Assembly: GCA_934294965.1 (NCBI GenBank)
Contig: CAKRAM010000075.1
Span: 1 to 32,000 of the forward strand
DNA from: an uncultured Clostridia bacterium
Lineage (GTDB): Bacteria > Bacillota > Clostridia > Christensenellales > CAG-314
Length of the DNA stretch: 32,000 bases
Reading direction: 5' to 3'
The position numbers and the translations under genes are program-made. The notes under the pieces are model-generated. The model was not told the DNA's origin. It did not search any database and saw only the letters and a program-made list of their open reading frames with translations. This document shows positions 1 through 11,414 of the stretch, in pieces. Position 1 is the stretch's first letter. Every line of letters starts with the position of its first letter.

Positions 1-219
1 CCCGTTCACAGAGAAGTCGGTTCTATGGGTCCCATCAGTAGCCCGTCTCGCGTAATGCCCGGCAAAAATCTTCCCGGTCATTACGGTGTGGAACAAGTAA
101 CTATTTTGAATCTTTCCGTTGTAAAAGTCGATAAGGAAAAGAACGTTATCCTTGTTAAGGGTGCCGTTCCCGGCGCGAAGAACAGTATCGTTTATCTTCG
201 CAACGCCGTGAAGAAATAA
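1..219 (+). CDS. rplC: 50S ribosomal protein L3, C-terminal part (5' truncated by window edge)
   Basis: Open frame from base 1: [35 protein letters not shown]..., L3 C-terminal motif; precedes rplD. Confidence 0.93.
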   Translation, partial: PVHREVGSMGPISSPSRVMPGKNLPGHYGVEQVTILNLSVVKVDKEKNVILVKGAVPGAKNSIVYLRNAVKK

Positions 220-239
220 GGTGAAAGGAGTTAAAGATA

Positions 240-863
240 ATGCAAGTTAAACTTTATAATACGACTGCAAAAGAAGTCGGCGAAATTAAGCTTGACGACG
301 CTGTGTTCGCTTGCGAATATAATGAAGCTCTTATTCATCAAGCAGTTGTCGCTTATCAAGCAAACCAAAGACAAGGCACCAAATCCGCTTTGACGCGCAC
401 CGAAGTTCGCGGCGGCGGCATCAAACCTTGGAGACAAAAAGGCACGGGCCGCGCTCGTCAAGGCTCCATCCGCGCTCCGCAATGGATCAAGGGCGGCGTT
501 GTATTCGCACCCAAGCCGAGAGATTTTTCCAAGAAAATCAACAAGAAAATGAAGGCGCAAGCATTCCGCAGCGCAATCAGCTACAAAGTCAATAACGGCG
601 AACTTACCGTTGTGGACAAAATCGCTTTGGAAGCTCCCAAAACCAAGCTTGTTGCTCAAATCTTGAAGAACTTCAACTTTGACAAGAAAACGTTGCTCAT
701 CGTGGCAGGCGACAGTGCAGACGTGGTAAGAGCAAGCGCAAACATCGCCAACCTTACCGTTGTGGACGCAACTCTCGCAAACGTGTACCAACTCGTTTCC
801 AACGTGGCAGTGCTTGCTACGGAAGAAGCTATCAAGCAAATTGAGGAGGCATACTCTCTATGA
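240..863 (+). CDS. rplD: 50S ribosomal protein L4
   Basis: L4 motif [29 protein letters not shown]; position in S10 operon. Confidence 0.97.
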   Translation: MQVKLYNTTAKEVGEIKLDDAVFACEYNEALIHQAVVAYQANQRQGTKSALTRTEVRGGGIKPWRQKGTGRARQGSIRAPQWIKGGVVFAPKPRDFSKKINKKMKAQAFRSAISYKVNNGELTVVDKIALEAPKTKLVAQILKNFNFDKKTLLIVAGDSADVVRASANIANLTVVDATLANVYQLVSNVAVLATEEAIKQIEEAYSL

Positions 864-1150
864 ATTCCTACGATATAATCAAGCGTCCCGTGCTCACCGT
901 AAAGAGCTACGACGGAATCCCTGCCAAGATTTACACCTTTGAAGTTGTCAAAAGCGCAAACAAAGTGGAAATCAAAAAGGCAGTAGAAGAAATCTTCGGC
1001 GTAAAAGTCGAAAACGTTACCACGGCTACCGTAAAGGGTAAGCTCAAGAGACAAGGCAGAACGGAAGGTCACCAACCCGATTGGAAAAAAGCAACGGTTC
1101 GTTTGACCGCCGACAGCAAGGCAATCGAATTCTTCGAGAGCTTGTCCTAA
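860..1150 (+). CDS. rplW: 50S ribosomal protein L23
   Basis: [16 protein letters not shown]...; overlaps the rplD stop (ATGA); operon position. Confidence 0.95.
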   Translation: MNSYDIIKRPVLTVKSYDGIPAKIYTFEVVKSANKVEIKKAVEEIFGVKVENVTTATVKGKLKRQGRTEGHQPDWKKATVRLTADSKAIEFFESLS

Positions 1151-1168
1151 TGACGGAGGATTACTGAA

Positions 1169-1993
1169 ATGGCTATTAAGAAATATAAACCTACTTCTCC
1201 CGCTCGTCGTTTCATGTCTGTTTCGACGTTCGAGGAAATCACAACGACAACTCCCGAAAAGAGCTTGCTTGCCGTAAACAAAAAGAGCGGCGGCCGCAAC
1301 GCTTCGGGTAAAATTACCGTTCGTCACATCGGCGGCGGCAATCGCATCAAATACAGAATTATCGACTTTAAGCGCGATAAGACCGTTCCCGCAAAGGTTG
1401 CTACCATCGAATACGATCCCAACCGCACCGCAAACATCGCTTTGCTTCACTATGCGGACGGCGAAAAGAGATACATTCTTGCTCCCGTAGGTCTTAACGT
1501 AGGCGACACCGTAGTTGCCGGTCCGGATGCGGACATCAAAGTCGGCAACAACCTTCCCTTGGAAAACATCCCCGTCGGTACAATCGTTCACAATATCGAA
1601 ATGAACCCCGGCAAGGGCGGACAAATCGCTCGCGCGGCAGGCATCTTTGCTCAACTTATGGCAAAGGAAGGCAAATACGCAACGTTGCGTATGCCCAGCG
1701 GCGAAATGAGACTTATCCTTCTCAAATGCCACGCCACAATTGGACAAGTCGGCAACCTGGACCATGAAATCGTATCCATCGGTAAAGCCGGCAAAAAACG
1801 TCACATGGGCGTAAAACCGACCGTTCGCGGTAGCGTAATGAACCCCTGCGACCACCCTCACGGCGGTGGCGAAGGCAAATCTCCCGTCGGTCGTCCCGGT
1901 CCCGTAACTCCGTGGGGCAAACCTGCTTTGGGTTACAAGACAAGAAAGAAGAAAAAAGCTTCATCCAAATTTATCGTGAAGCGTGTTAACTAA
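1169..1993 (+). CDS. rplB: 50S ribosomal protein L2
   Basis: [18 protein letters not shown]; [49 protein letters not shown]. Confidence 0.98.
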   Translation: MAIKKYKPTSPARRFMSVSTFEEITTTTPEKSLLAVNKKSGGRNASGKITVRHIGGGNRIKYRIIDFKRDKTVPAKVATIEYDPNRTANIALLHYADGEKRYILAPVGLNVGDTVVAGPDADIKVGNNLPLENIPVGTIVHNIEMNPGKGGQIARAAGIFAQLMAKEGKYATLRMPSGEMRLILLKCHATIGQVGNLDHEIVSIGKAGKKRHMGVKPTVRGSVMNPCDHPHGGGEGKSPVGRPGPVTPWGKPALGYKTRKKKKASSKFIVKRVN

Positions 1994-2007
1994 TCGGAGG
2001 AAAGAAT

Positions 2008-2286
2008 ATGAGCAGATCAGTTAGAAAAGGACCTTACGTTCAACCCAAACTCCTCAAAAGAGTGCAAGAAATGAACGCATCGGGCGAAAAGAAAGTTTTG
2101 AAAACGTGGTCGAGAAGTTCTACAATCTTCCCCGATTTCGTCGGACATACGATTGCAGTACACGACGGCAGAAAACACGTTCCCGTATATATCACGGAAG
2201 ATATGGTCGGATTGAAGTTGGGCGAATTTGCTCCCACAAGAACATTTAAGGGCCACGCCGGCAGCAAAACGGCGGGAGCTAAATAG
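2008..2286 (+). CDS. rpsS: 30S ribosomal protein S19
   Basis: [11 protein letters not shown]; [51 protein letters not shown]. Confidence 0.98.
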   Translation: MSRSVRKGPYVQPKLLKRVQEMNASGEKKVLKTWSRSSTIFPDFVGHTIAVHDGRKHVPVYITEDMVGLKLGEFAPTRTFKGHAGSKTAGAK

Positions 2287-2297
2287 GAGGAATAAAG

Positions 2298-2684
2298 ATG
2301 GCTACAAGAAGTAAAGCAAAAGCCCTTGTGCGCGCCGAAAATAAAGACAGACGCCCCAAGGCAATAGCAAAGTACATCCGCATATCTCCTTCCAAAGTTC
2401 ACGTTGTGTTGGATCTTATTCGCGGTAAAGACTACAAAGACGCGGTCGCAATTTTGAAAACAACGGCAAAAGCCGCTTCCGAACCGGTACTTAAGTGCCT
2501 CAACAGCGCAGCCGCTAACGCCGAAGTTAATCTCGGTATGAACAAAGATACTCTTTACGTTGCCGAATGTTTCGCAGATCAGGGACCCACTCTCAAAAGA
2601 ATGCAACCCGTTTCTCGCGGCAGAGGTTATCGTATCCTCAAGAGAACAAGTCACATCACCGTGATCTTGGACGAAAGAGCGTAA
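2298..2684 (+). CDS. rplV: 50S ribosomal protein L22
   Basis: AKYIRISPSKVHVVLDLIRGK; RGRGYRILKRTSHITVIL. Confidence 0.97.
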   Translation: MATRSKAKALVRAENKDRRPKAIAKYIRISPSKVHVVLDLIRGKDYKDAVAILKTTAKAASEPVLKCLNSAAANAEVNLGMNKDTLYVAECFADQGPTLKRMQPVSRGRGYRILKRTSHITVILDERA

Positions 2685-2699
2685 GGAGGAGGAAGAAAA

Positions 2700-3368
2700 A
2701 TGGGACAAAAAGTTAATCCTCATGGACTGAGAGTCGGCGTAATTCAAGATTGGGATTCCAAATGGATTGCCGACAAGAAGAACTTCAGCAAATTTATCAA
2801 AGAAGACGACGTTATCAGAACGGCGCTCAAAAAGAAGTACTATCAAGCAGGCATCAGCAAAATCGTGATCGAAAGAGCCGAAAACAAGGTGATTGTCGAC
2901 TTGCATACCGGTCGTCCCGGCGTGCTTATCGGTAAAGCCGGCGCAGGTGCCGAAGAAATTAAAGCAGACGTAGCAAAACTTGTCGACGACAAGAACGTCG
3001 TTATCAACATCGTGGAAGTAAAACGCCCCGATATGGACGCTCAATTGGTGGCAGAGGGTATTGCCGCTCAATTGGAAAAGCGCGTATCTTTCCGTAGAGC
3101 AATGCGTCAATGCATGGGCAGAGCAACTCGCTCCGGCGCAAAGGGAATCAAAACCATGGTTTCCGGACGTTTGGACGGTGCTGAAATTGCCAGAACCGAA
3201 CAATATCACGAAGGTAGCATCCCTCTTCACACTCTCCGCGCGGACATCGACTACGGCTTTGCAAAAGCATTGACCACGTTCGGCGTAATCGGCGTAAAAG
3301 TGTGGATTTACAGAGGCGAAGTGCTTCCCAAGAAGAAAAAGACTGCTAAAAAGGAGGTAACTGAATAA
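2700..3368 (+). CDS. rpsC: 30S ribosomal protein S3
   Basis: [24 protein letters not shown]; KH-domain [11 protein letters not shown]. Confidence 0.98.
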   Translation: MGQKVNPHGLRVGVIQDWDSKWIADKKNFSKFIKEDDVIRTALKKKYYQAGISKIVIERAENKVIVDLHTGRPGVLIGKAGAGAEEIKADVAKLVDDKNVVINIVEVKRPDMDAQLVAEGIAAQLEKRVSFRRAMRQCMGRATRSGAKGIKTMVSGRLDGAEIARTEQYHEGSIPLHTLRADIDYGFAKALTTFGVIGVKVWIYRGEVLPKKKKTAKKEVTE

Positions 3369-3802
3369 TGTTAATGCCTAAAAGAGTGAAAAGACGTCGT
3401 CAATTCCGTGGCAGAATGAAGGGCGAAGCGCACAAGGGCAATTCGGTTGCTTACGGCGAATACGGTCTTCAAGCTTTGGAATGCGGCTGGATCACTTCCA
3501 ATCAAATAGAAGCGGCACGTGTTGCAATGACTCGTTTCGTAAAACGTGGCGGACAAGTTTGGGTAGACATCTTCCCTCACAAACCCGTAACAAAAAAACC
3601 CGCCGAAACCAGAATGGGTTCCGGTAAAGGTAGCCCCGAATATTGGGTAGCAGTAGTAAAACCGGGCAGAGTAATGTTCGAAATGGCAGGTGTCCCCGAG
3701 GATATCGCCCGTGAAGCATTGCGTCTTGCCAGTCACAAATTGCCCGTTAAGTGCAAATTCGTGAAAAAAGTTGACGAGGTGAATGCAGATGAAAGCAAGT
3801 AA
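3368..3802 (+). CDS. rplP: 50S ribosomal protein L16
   Basis: [19 protein letters not shown]; [25 protein letters not shown]. Confidence 0.98.
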   Translation: MLMPKRVKRRRQFRGRMKGEAHKGNSVAYGEYGLQALECGWITSNQIEAARVAMTRFVKRGGQVWVDIFPHKPVTKKPAETRMGSGKGSPEYWVAVVKPGRVMFEMAGVPEDIAREALRLASHKLPVKCKFVKKVDEVNADESK

Positions 3803-3983
3803 CGTACGCGATCTGAATAACGAACAATTGGTAGCAAAGCTTGCCGATTTGAAAAAGGAATTGTTCAATTTGCGTCTTTCTCACGCAACCGGACAACTCA
3901 ATAACCCTCTTGCGCTTGCATCGGTCAAAAAGGACATCGCAAGAGTCAAGACTGTTCTCCGTGAAAGAGAACTTAAGGCGTAA
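3789..3983 (+). CDS. rpmC: 50S ribosomal protein L29
   Basis: [29 protein letters not shown]; the second in-frame ATG (3789) is better spaced from the GAGGTG SD than the ORF-track ATG at 3783. Confidence 0.94.
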   Translation: MKASNVRDLNNEQLVAKLADLKKELFNLRLSHATGQLNNPLALASVKKDIARVKTVLRERELKA

Positions 3984-4000
3984 GCGGAGGTACGGATAAA

Positions 4001-4258
4001 ATGGAAGAAAGAAACAGCAGAAAAGAGAGAGTCGGCATCGTAGTATCCGACAAAATGGACAAAACCATCGTTGTGGCTATTGTCAACAAGTACAAACACC
4101 CTTTGTACAAAAAGACGGTTTCCACAACTAAAAAGTATAAAGTACATGACGAAAACAACGAATGCGGAATCGGCGATACCGTTCGCATCGTAGAAACGAG
4201 AAAACTCTCCAAGGATAAGAATTGGCGTCTTCTCGAAATCGTCGAAAAGGCTAAGTAA
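4001..4258 (+). CDS. rpsQ: 30S ribosomal protein S17
   Basis: [32 protein letters not shown]; [22 protein letters not shown]. Confidence 0.97.
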   Translation: MEERNSRKERVGIVVSDKMDKTIVVAIVNKYKHPLYKKTVSTTKKYKVHDENNECGIGDTVRIVETRKLSKDKNWRLLEIVEKAK

Positions 4259-4273
4259 TAGGAGGACGGTACA

Positions 4274-4642
4274 GTGATTCAACCACAAACAAGACTTAAA
4301 GCTGCCGATAACAGCGGAGCAAAAGAACTTATGTGTATCAGGGTCCTTGGCGGTTCCTTTCGTAAGTTCGGTAATATCGGCGACGTTATCGTTGCCAGCG
4401 TAAAAAGCGCAAACCCCGGCGGAGTCGTCAAAAAGGGCGACGTCGTTAAGGCGGTAATCGTAAGAAGCGCGTCCGGCGTAAACCGTAAAGACGGCACACA
4501 TATCCGTTTTGACGACAACGCAGCAGTTATCATCGACGCGCAAAAGCAACCCAAAGGCACTCGTATTTTTGGGCCTGTAGCAAGAGAACTTCGTGAAAAA
4601 GACTACATGAAGATTGTTTCTCTGGCTCCGGAAGTGCTGTAA
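4274..4642 (+). CDS. rplN: 50S ribosomal protein L14 (GTG start)
   Basis: [27 protein letters not shown]; GTG preceded by AGGAGG. Confidence 0.98.
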   Translation: MIQPQTRLKAADNSGAKELMCIRVLGGSFRKFGNIGDVIVASVKSANPGGVVKKGDVVKAVIVRSASGVNRKDGTHIRFDDNAAVIIDAQKQPKGTRIFGPVARELREKDYMKIVSLAPEVL

Positions 4643-4659
4643 CAGAGGAGGACACGAAA

Positions 4660-5058
4660 ATGGCAAGTATGAATGTCAGGTCCGGTGACACGGTCGAAAT
4701 CATTGTCGGCGGAGTAGAAAACGCCGGCAAACGCGGCAAAGTCATCGTAGCCGATCCCAAAGCGGGAAAAGTAATCGTTGAAAATCTCAACTTGGTTACC
4801 AAACATAAGAAACCACGTTCAGCACAAGAGCAAGGCGGCATCGTTGAAAGACCTCGCGCTATCGACGTATCCAACGTTATGCTCGTTTGCCCCAAATGTG
4901 GCAAAGCCACTCGCGTGGCGCACGTCCTCGGCGATCACGGTAAGTATTTGCGCGCTTGCAAAAAGTGCGGTGCTACCATCGACGTAAAAGCAGAAAAGAA
5001 AGCAACCAAACAGGCTGCTAAAAAGACTACAAGAAAGTCCAAAAAGACCGAAGAATAA
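4660..5058 (+). CDS. rplX: 50S ribosomal protein L24
   Basis: VRSGDTVEIIVGGVENAGKRGKVI; CPKCGKATRV...CKKCG; Lys-rich C-terminal tail. Confidence 0.96.
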   Translation: MASMNVRSGDTVEIIVGGVENAGKRGKVIVADPKAGKVIVENLNLVTKHKKPRSAQEQGGIVERPRAIDVSNVMLVCPKCGKATRVAHVLGDHGKYLRACKKCGATIDVKAEKKATKQAAKKTTRKSKKTEE

Positions 5059-5074
5059 TTAAAGGAGGAACAAA

Positions 5075-5659
5075 ATGGCTACAAAAAAACCCGCTGCAGC
5101 AGTCAGCGAAAATAAACCGGTTGAATGTAGATTGAAGGCATTGTACACAGAAACTGTCGTTCCTCAACTCATCAAAGAATTCGGTTATAAAAACATTAAC
5201 GAAGTACCTCGTCTGGAAAAAATCGTTATCAACAGCGGTTTGGGCGACGTAAAAGACAACGCTAAGTCCTTCCAACTTGCAGTTGAAGAACTCAAAGCGA
5301 TTTCCGGACAAAAACCGTTGGTTACCAACAGCAAATTGTCCGTTGCAAACTTCAAAGTAAGAAAAGGCATGGCTGTCGGCGCAAAGGTAACTCTTCGCGG
5401 CGAACGTATGTACTCTTTCTTCGATAAACTTGTCAGTATCGCTCTTCCTCGCGTGCGCGACTTCCGCGGAGTTAACACCAACCTCGACGGACGCGGCAAC
5501 TACACGCTCGGTATTCGCGAACAACTCATTTTCCCGGAAATCGTTTACGACCAAGTGGAAAAAACGCGCGGCTTTGACGTTACTTTCGTAACCACTGCCA
5601 AAACCGATGCCGAAGCAAAAGCATTGCTCAAGTATTTGGGAATGCCTTTCAAAGCATAG
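5075..5659 (+). CDS. rplE: 50S ribosomal protein L5
   Basis: [18 protein letters not shown]; [30 protein letters not shown]; RDFRGVN. Confidence 0.98.
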   Translation: MATKKPAAAVSENKPVECRLKALYTETVVPQLIKEFGYKNINEVPRLEKIVINSGLGDVKDNAKSFQLAVEELKAISGQKPLVTNSKLSVANFKVRKGMAVGAKVTLRGERMYSFFDKLVSIALPRVRDFRGVNTNLDGRGNYTLGIREQLIFPEIVYDQVEKTRGFDVTFVTTAKTDAEAKALLKYLGMPFKA

Positions 5660-5674
5660 TTGGAGGAATGAACA

Positions 5675-5860
5675 ATGGCAAAAAAATCTATGATTAACAA
5701 ACAACAAAGAACGGCAAAGTACAGCACTCGTGCTTACACTCGTTGTTCTATCTGCGGTCGTCCTCACTCTGTTTTGAGAAAGTACGGCATTTGCAGAATT
5801 TGCTTCAGAGAAAAGGCGTACAAGGGCGAAATCCCCGGCGTTAAGAAAGCAAGTTGGTAA
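5675..5860 (+). CDS. rpsZ: 30S ribosomal protein S14, zinc-binding (type Z)
   Basis: [61 protein letters not shown]; CxxC...CxxC. Confidence 0.97.
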   Translation: MAKKSMINKQQRTAKYSTRAYTRCSICGRPHSVLRKYGICRICFREKAYKGEIPGVKKASW

Positions 5861-5873
5861 GGAGGAAATACAA

Positions 5874-6272
5874 ATGGTTGTTACAGATCCTATTGCTGAT
5901 ATGTTGACTCGTATCAGAAACGCTATCACTTCCAAACACGCCGACGTAGAAATCCCCGCTTCCAAAACCAAGAAAGCAATCATCGATATTCTTGTGGAAG
6001 AAGGCTATATCGCCGGATACGAAGTAATCGAAAAAGAACTGCAAAACTCTATCAAAGTCACTTTGAAATACGGTCCTCACGGCGAAAAAGTCATCACCGG
6101 ACTTAAACGTATTTCCAAACCCGGACTCAGAGTATACGCAAAAAGCGAAGACCTTCCCAAAGTTCTTAACGGATTGGGAATTGCAATCGTGTCCACAAGC
6201 AAGGGCATTATGACGGATAAGAACGCTCGCAGTCAAAATTTGGGCGGCGAAGTTCTCGCATACGTTTGGTAG
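5874..6272 (+). CDS. rpsH: 30S ribosomal protein S8
   Basis: [17 protein letters not shown]; [20 protein letters not shown]...GGEVLAYVW. Confidence 0.98.
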   Translation: MVVTDPIADMLTRIRNAITSKHADVEIPASKTKKAIIDILVEEGYIAGYEVIEKELQNSIKVTLKYGPHGEKVITGLKRISKPGLRVYAKSEDLPKVLNGLGIAIVSTSKGIMTDKNARSQNLGGEVLAYVW

Positions 6273-6284
6273 GAGGTAATGGCA

Positions 6285-6827
6285 ATGTCAAGAATCGGAA
6301 AGAAACACATTGTTATGCCCGCCGGCGTGTCTTTGTCCTATAACGACGGTCTTGTTACGGTAAAAGGTCCCAAAGGCGAACTTTCCCATAACATCGGCAA
6401 CGTTATCGGTTGCCAAGTGGAAGGTAACGTCGTAACAATGATCTGCCCGGAAAATGCCGACAGCAGCGTGCAAGCTAAACACGGCTTGTACAGAGCAATC
6501 GTTCACAACATGGTAGTGGGCGTTCACGACGGTTTCACTCGTAACCTTATCATCAACGGTGTAGGTTACAAAGCAGCCGTTCAAGGCAACAAATTGGTGC
6601 TGAACATCGGATATTCTCACCCCATCGAAATGGAAGCTCCCGCCGGAATCAAGTTCGAATGTCCTACTCAAACGGAAATCGTAGTTTCCGGTTGCGACAA
6701 GGAATTGGTCGGACAAACGGCTGCAAACATCAAGGCAAAACGCCCCGTCGAACCTTACCACGCTTACGGCGTCCGTTACAAGGAAGAAGTCGTACAGCTT
6801 AAGGAAGGCAAGAAGGCAGGCAAGTAA
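6285..6827 (+). CDS. rplF: 50S ribosomal protein L6
   Basis: MSRIGKKHIVMPAGVSLSYNDG; start at 6285 is better spaced from GGAGGT than 6279. Confidence 0.96.
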   Translation: MSRIGKKHIVMPAGVSLSYNDGLVTVKGPKGELSHNIGNVIGCQVEGNVVTMICPENADSSVQAKHGLYRAIVHNMVVGVHDGFTRNLIINGVGYKAAVQGNKLVLNIGYSHPIEMEAPAGIKFECPTQTEIVVSGCDKELVGQTAANIKAKRPVEPYHAYGVRYKEEVVQLKEGKKAGK

Positions 6828-6839
6828 GGAGTGTAGAAA

Positions 6840-7202
6840 ATGATTAAAAAGATAAATAAAAACGCGGATAGAAGAATCCGCCACGAGAGAGTCAGAAAAA
6901 AGGTTTTCGGAACTGCGGTTAAACCCCGTCTTTCCGTTTATCGTTCCACAAACTACATCTACGCTCAAATTATCGACGACGTAAACGGACTAACGCTTGC
7001 GGCATCTTCCAGCCTTGCACTCAGTAAGGAATGCGAAAACCTTAATAAAAAGGACGCTGCAAAACTCGTAGGCAAAGACATTGCCGAAAAAGCAGTTAAG
7101 TTGGGCATCGAAGAAATCGTATTCGACCGCGGCGGTTATATCTACACCGGTAGAGTGGCTGCATTGGCTGACGGCGCAAGAGAAGCCGGACTTAAATTCT
7201 AA
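6840..7202 (+). CDS. rplR: 50S ribosomal protein L18
   Basis: [37 protein letters not shown]; [24 protein letters not shown]. Confidence 0.98.
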   Translation: MIKKINKNADRRIRHERVRKKVFGTAVKPRLSVYRSTNYIYAQIIDDVNGLTLAASSSLALSKECENLNKKDAAKLVGKDIAEKAVKLGIEEIVFDRGGYIYTGRVAALADGAREAGLKF

Positions 7203-7216
7203 TCGGAGGCATCAAT

Positions 7217-7843
7217 ATGGAAAACGTACAAGAAGTAGAAGTTGTCGCAACTGAAACGGCAACGGCAGCTCCCGCTCAAAACGCGGAGCAACCCAAACGT
7301 AATTTCCGCGAAGGACGCCCCGAAAGAAAAGGCGGCAGACGTCCCAATCGCGATAGAGACAACAAAGAAGACGACGGTCTTATCAAAAAGTTGGTTGCCG
7401 TTAACCGCGTAACCAAGGTTGTTAAGGGCGGACGCACGATGCGTTTCTCGGCTTTGGTAGTTGTCGGCGACGGCAAAGGCATGGTCGGTATCGGTATGGC
7501 AAAGGCTGCGGAAGTTCCCCAAGCCATCGAAAAGGCTAACCTCAGAGCCAAAAAAGCAATGGTCAAAATCTCGTTGGTAGACACAACGATCCCCCACGAA
7601 GTTATCGGTAAGTTCGGCAGAGGCAAAGTTCTTATGTTGCCCGCTCAACCCGGTACCGGCGTTATCGCAGGCGGCCCCGTAAGAAACGTGTTGGAAGCAG
7701 TAGGTATCAAGGATATTCGTACCAAGTCCTACGGTTCCAACAACCCCATCAACTGCGTAAAGGCAACCTTCGACGGACTGGTTCAACTTCGTACGCGTGA
7801 ACAAGTTGCCGCACTTCGCGGTAAAAGCGTAGAAGAAATCTAG
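7217..7843 (+). CDS. rpsE: 30S ribosomal protein S5 with N-terminal low-complexity extension
   Basis: [43 protein letters not shown]. Confidence 0.97.
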   Translation: MENVQEVEVVATETATAAPAQNAEQPKRNFREGRPERKGGRRPNRDRDNKEDDGLIKKLVAVNRVTKVVKGGRTMRFSALVVVGDGKGMVGIGMAKAAEVPQAIEKANLRAKKAMVKISLVDTTIPHEVIGKFGRGKVLMLPAQPGTGVIAGGPVRNVLEAVGIKDIRTKSYGSNNPINCVKATFDGLVQLRTREQVAALRGKSVEEI

Positions 7844-7853
7844 GAGGAACATT

Positions 7854-8156
7854 ATGGCTAAAAAGACTAATAACGAAGCAGTAAAAGCTCCTCTTTACAT
7901 CAACGGCAGATACGTAGTGGAAAAGCAACTTACAGCTAAACCTCAAAAAGGCGATGCTCCCTATGCACCTGCTGAAAAGCAAATTAAGGTAACTTTGGTA
8001 AAGAGTACCAACGGATGCCTCAAAGAACATATCGCAACCGTAAAGGCTTTGGGACTTACAAAGATTCGCACGAGCAACGTTTTGCCCGATAACGCAGCAA
8101 TCCGCGGAATGATCTTCAAAGTTAAGCACCTTGTGGTTGTCGAAGAAGTAAAGTAG
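7854..8156 (+). CDS. rpmD: 50S ribosomal protein L30 with about 40-aa N-terminal extension
   Basis: C-terminal [56 protein letters not shown] is the L30 core; located between rpsE and rplO. Confidence 0.95.
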   Translation: MAKKTNNEAVKAPLYINGRYVVEKQLTAKPQKGDAPYAPAEKQIKVTLVKSTNGCLKEHIATVKALGLTKIRTSNVLPDNAAIRGMIFKVKHLVVVEEVK

Positions 8157-8166
8157 GAGGCTAACA

Positions 8167-8613
8167 ATGAGAATTCATACAATTCAACCCGCTATCGGAG
8201 CAACAACCTCCGAAAAAAGATTGGGTAGAGGTATCGGCAGCGGCTTGGGCAAAACCAGCGGCAAGGGCCACAAAGGTCAATGGGCTCGTAGCGGTGGCGG
8301 TGTTCGCCCCGGTTTCGAAGGCGGTCAAACCCCCATTTCCAGACGTCTTCCCAAACGTGGTTTCAACAACAAGTTTGCAGTTAAGTACGACGTTATAAAC
8401 GTAGAATCCCTCAACATTTTTGAGGACGGTACTCTGGTTACGCCGGATTTGCTTGCCGAAATGCGTATCGTAAACGGCAAAAACAACGGCGGTGTCAAGA
8501 TTCTCGGCGCCGGAAAACTCAACAAAAAGCTTACTGTCAAGGCAGATAAGTTCTCCGCTTCCGCCAAATCGGCAATAGAAGCGGCAGGCGGCGTTGCAGA
8601 GGTAATCGAATAA
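8167..8613 (+). CDS. rplO: 50S ribosomal protein L15
   Basis: [50 protein letters not shown]. Confidence 0.98.
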   Translation: MRIHTIQPAIGATTSEKRLGRGIGSGLGKTSGKGHKGQWARSGGGVRPGFEGGQTPISRRLPKRGFNNKFAVKYDVINVESLNIFEDGTLVTPDLLAEMRIVNGKNNGGVKILGAGKLNKKLTVKADKFSASAKSAIEAAGGVAEVIE

Positions 8614-10034
8614 TGTTTGAAACCATCAGAAATGCCTTTAAGATAAAGGACGTACGCAAGAAAATATTGATGACCATCCTGTTTGTCGTTTTGTACAGAA
8701 TCGGATGCTACATCACGGTTCCCGGACTTAGCGATATTTCCGCTTCGCTCGGCTCCGACCAAGGAATCTTTGGCTTGCTCGACTCCGTAACGGGAAGCGC
8801 GCTAAGCCAAGGCACGCTGTTCTCTCTCGGCATTTCGCCGTATATCAACGCGTCGATTATCGTGCAGTTGTTGACGGTAGCCATCCCCGCACTCGAAAGA
8901 ATGTCCAAGGAAGGCGATGAAGGTAGAGAAAAAATCAATAAAATCACTCGTTGGGTAACGTTGGTGTTGGCAATCGTAAGCGCCGTAGGCGTGTTCCTTA
9001 CACTTCGTTCTCAAAACGCAGACTATATTAACAAGGCTTGGTTGGGATCTCAATACGCAGATTTCTTCGGCACGACCGGCGGACAATGGATCATGGGCGT
9101 CTACGTAGTAGTTATGCTCGTAGGCGGCAGCATGCTGTGCATGTGGCTTGGCGAACGCATCACCGAACACGGTGTGTGCAACGGTATCTCCATGATCATC
9201 TTCGCAGGTATCGTAGCAACGGCTGCGGAACAACTCGGTATCTCCATCTCCGGTATCTTCTCTTCTACCGGATCCTTGGATAACCTTTGGTCGGTTCTTC
9301 TGTTTATCGTCACGTTGGTGCTTGTATTTGCATTCATCGTTTGGGTAGACGGCGCCGAGGAAAGAATTATGGTCAGATATGCCAAGCAAGTTAAGGGCAA
9401 CAAAATGTACGGCGGTCAATCCACCTTCATCCCCATCAAAGTTAACGCCTCCGGTGTTATGCCCTTGATTTTCGCTTACGCACTTATGAGCTTCCCTCAA
9501 ATGCTCATTTCCACAATCGATCCCAATACGACGGGCAGTTTCAGTAAGTGGTGGATCAACTGGCTAACCACAAGCACCACAACGGGCGCACCCGCTGCAA
9601 GCACGATTGTCGGACCTATCGTCTATAACGTAATTTTGGCGGTATTGATTTTCGTATTTGCGTACTTCTATTCGCAAATCCAATTCAACCCCGTGGAAAT
9701 TGCTCGTAACATCCAAAGCAACGGCGGCTTCGTGGGAGGCATCAGACCGGGCAGAGAAACTGCAGAATACTTGCAAAAGATTGTTTCTCGTATCACGTTC
9801 TGGGGCGCGGTATTCCTTACCATCATCGCGTTCGTTCCGTCCTTGCTGTTCAGCTTGTTGCCGCAAGCATTGGGTTTGCAACTCAACAGCAAACTCGTCG
9901 GCAGCTTCAGCGCAACAGGTATGTTGATTTGCGTATCCGTAGCGTTGGAATTCAACAAAGCGTTGGAAAACCAAATTATGATGCGTCACTACAAGGGACT
10001 GCTCGGTTCGGGTTCCAAAGGATTTTTGAAATAA
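8613..10034 (+). CDS. secY: Protein translocase subunit SecY
   Basis: YRIGCYITVPGL; LGISPYINASIIVQLL; GIRPGRETAEYLQKI; multiple TM segments. Confidence 0.98.
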   Translation: MFETIRNAFKIKDVRKKILMTILFVVLYRIGCYITVPGLSDISASLGSDQGIFGLLDSVTGSALSQGTLFSLGISPYINASIIVQLLTVAIPALERMSKEGDEGREKINKITRWVTLVLAIVSAVGVFLTLRSQNADYINKAWLGSQYADFFGTTGGQWIMGVYVVVMLVGGSMLCMWLGERITEHGVCNGISMIIFAGIVATAAEQLGISISGIFSSTGSLDNLWSVLLFIVTLVLVFAFIVWVDGAEERIMVRYAKQVKGNKMYGGQSTFIPIKVNASGVMPLIFAYALMSFPQMLISTIDPNTTGSFSKWWINWLTTSTTTGAPAASTIVGPIVYNVILAVLIFVFAYFYSQIQFNPVEIARNIQSNGGFVGGIRPGRETAEYLQKIVSRITFWGAVFLTIIAFVPSLLFSLLPQALGLQLNSKLVGSFSATGMLICVSVALEFNKALENQIMMRHYKGLLGSGSKGFLK

Positions 10035-10038
10035 TACG

Positions 10039-10662
10039 ATGAAGATAATTTTTCTGGGCGCGCCGGGCAGCGGCAAAGGCACCATGGCGCAAAAGCTCAC
10101 AAATGATCTATCTATTCCGCACATCTCAACAGGGGATATCTTCCGCAAGCATTTGAAGGAAGGTACTCCCTTGGGATTGCAAATCAAGGACATTCTCGCT
10201 ACCGGACAACTCGTTCCGGACGAAGTTACGGTGGAGATTGTCAAAGACAGATTGTCTAAAGACGACTGCGCAAACGGTTACATATTGGACGGATTCCCTC
10301 GCTCTTTGGCTCAGGCAAAAGCGTTGGATGCGTTCGATGACGTAGATTACGCAGTAAACCTTTCGGTCGATTACGACACGGTTATAAAGCGTCTCTCCGG
10401 TAGACGTTTTTGCCCCGATTGCAACGGCACGTTCCATATTTCCGCTTTGGAAGACGAACACTCGTGTCCTAACTGCGGCGGCAAACTCGTTGTCCGAGAC
10501 GACGACCGCGAAGAAACCGTTCGCGAAAGGTTGAACGTCTACGACGAAACGACTTCCCCGCTGGTCGATTACTACGACAAGCAAGGAAAACTTATCACTG
10601 TGGACGGAAACGGTTCCGTCGATTCCGTCTACGGCAACATACTCGCCGTTTTGAAAAAATGA
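10039..10662 (+). CDS. adk: Adenylate kinase (zinc-binding lid)
   Basis: MKIIFLGAPGSGKGTMAQKL; DGFPRS; lid CPDCNGTFH...CPNCGGKL. Confidence 0.98.
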   Translation: MKIIFLGAPGSGKGTMAQKLTNDLSIPHISTGDIFRKHLKEGTPLGLQIKDILATGQLVPDEVTVEIVKDRLSKDDCANGYILDGFPRSLAQAKALDAFDDVDYAVNLSVDYDTVIKRLSGRRFCPDCNGTFHISALEDEHSCPNCGGKLVVRDDDREETVRERLNVYDETTSPLVDYYDKQGKLITVDGNGSVDSVYGNILAVLKK

Positions 10663-11408
10663 TTCTTATCAAGTCAAATTCGCAAATAGCGGAGATGCGC
10701 AAAGCCAACCTCATTGTGAGAGATACCCTCAATATGCTCATCGAGCATACCAAACCGGGTGTTTCCACGTGGGAGCTGGACAAACTTGCGCACGATTATA
10801 TCAAATCTCATAATGCCGTTCCCAGCTTTTTGAACTACAACGGCTTTCCGGCAAGCATTTGCGTGTCCGTGGATTGCGAAGTCGTGCACGGGATCCCTTC
10901 CAAACACAAGATTTTGCAAGAAGGTCAAATCGTCAGTTACGACTGCGGTGCGATTTTCAACGGGTGGCACGGCGATGCGGCAAGAACGGTCGGCGTGGGA
11001 TTCATTTCCCCCGAAGTTCAACAGTTGATAGACGTCACCGAACAGTGCTTCTTTTTGGGAGCAAACAGCATAGTTCCCAATCATACAAGGCTTGGCGACT
11101 TGGGCAGTACCATTCAGGCGCACGCCGAAAGTTACGGCTACGGTGTGGTGCGGGAATTGGTCGGACACGGAATCGGCCGCCAAATGCACGAAGATCCCAA
11201 CGTTCCCAACTACGGAACACCGGGACACGGAATGAGGCTTTCGGTCGGCATGACAATCGCCATCGAACCGATGATTGCTCTCGGAACGGAAAAAGTCGAT
11301 TGGATGAACGACGGCTGGACGGTAAAAACAAGGGACAGAAAGCCGGCGGCACACTACGAAAACACAATTGCAATAACCGATAACGGTATCGAAATACTCA
11401 GTTTGTAG
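10659..11408 (+). CDS. map: Methionine aminopeptidase type I
   Basis: IKSNSQIAEMRKANLIVRDTL; SVDCEVVHGIPS; VGHGIGRQMHEDPNVPNYG; ATGA overlap with adk. Confidence 0.97.
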   Translation: MILIKSNSQIAEMRKANLIVRDTLNMLIEHTKPGVSTWELDKLAHDYIKSHNAVPSFLNYNGFPASICVSVDCEVVHGIPSKHKILQEGQIVSYDCGAIFNGWHGDAARTVGVGFISPEVQQLIDVTEQCFFLGANSIVPNHTRLGDLGSTIQAHAESYGYGVVRELVGHGIGRQMHEDPNVPNYGTPGHGMRLSVGMTIAIEPMIALGTEKVDWMNDGWTVKTRDRKPAAHYENTIAITDNGIEILSL

Positions 11409-11414
11409 GTGTGT

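Noticed and set aside
656-3230. Long minus-strand ORFs (401 aa at 656-1861, 396 aa at 2040-3230) and similar antisense ORFs across the ribosomal cluster
   Set aside because: They lie opposite unambiguous ribosomal genes; codon bias of the real genes leaves the antisense frame open. No family motifs.
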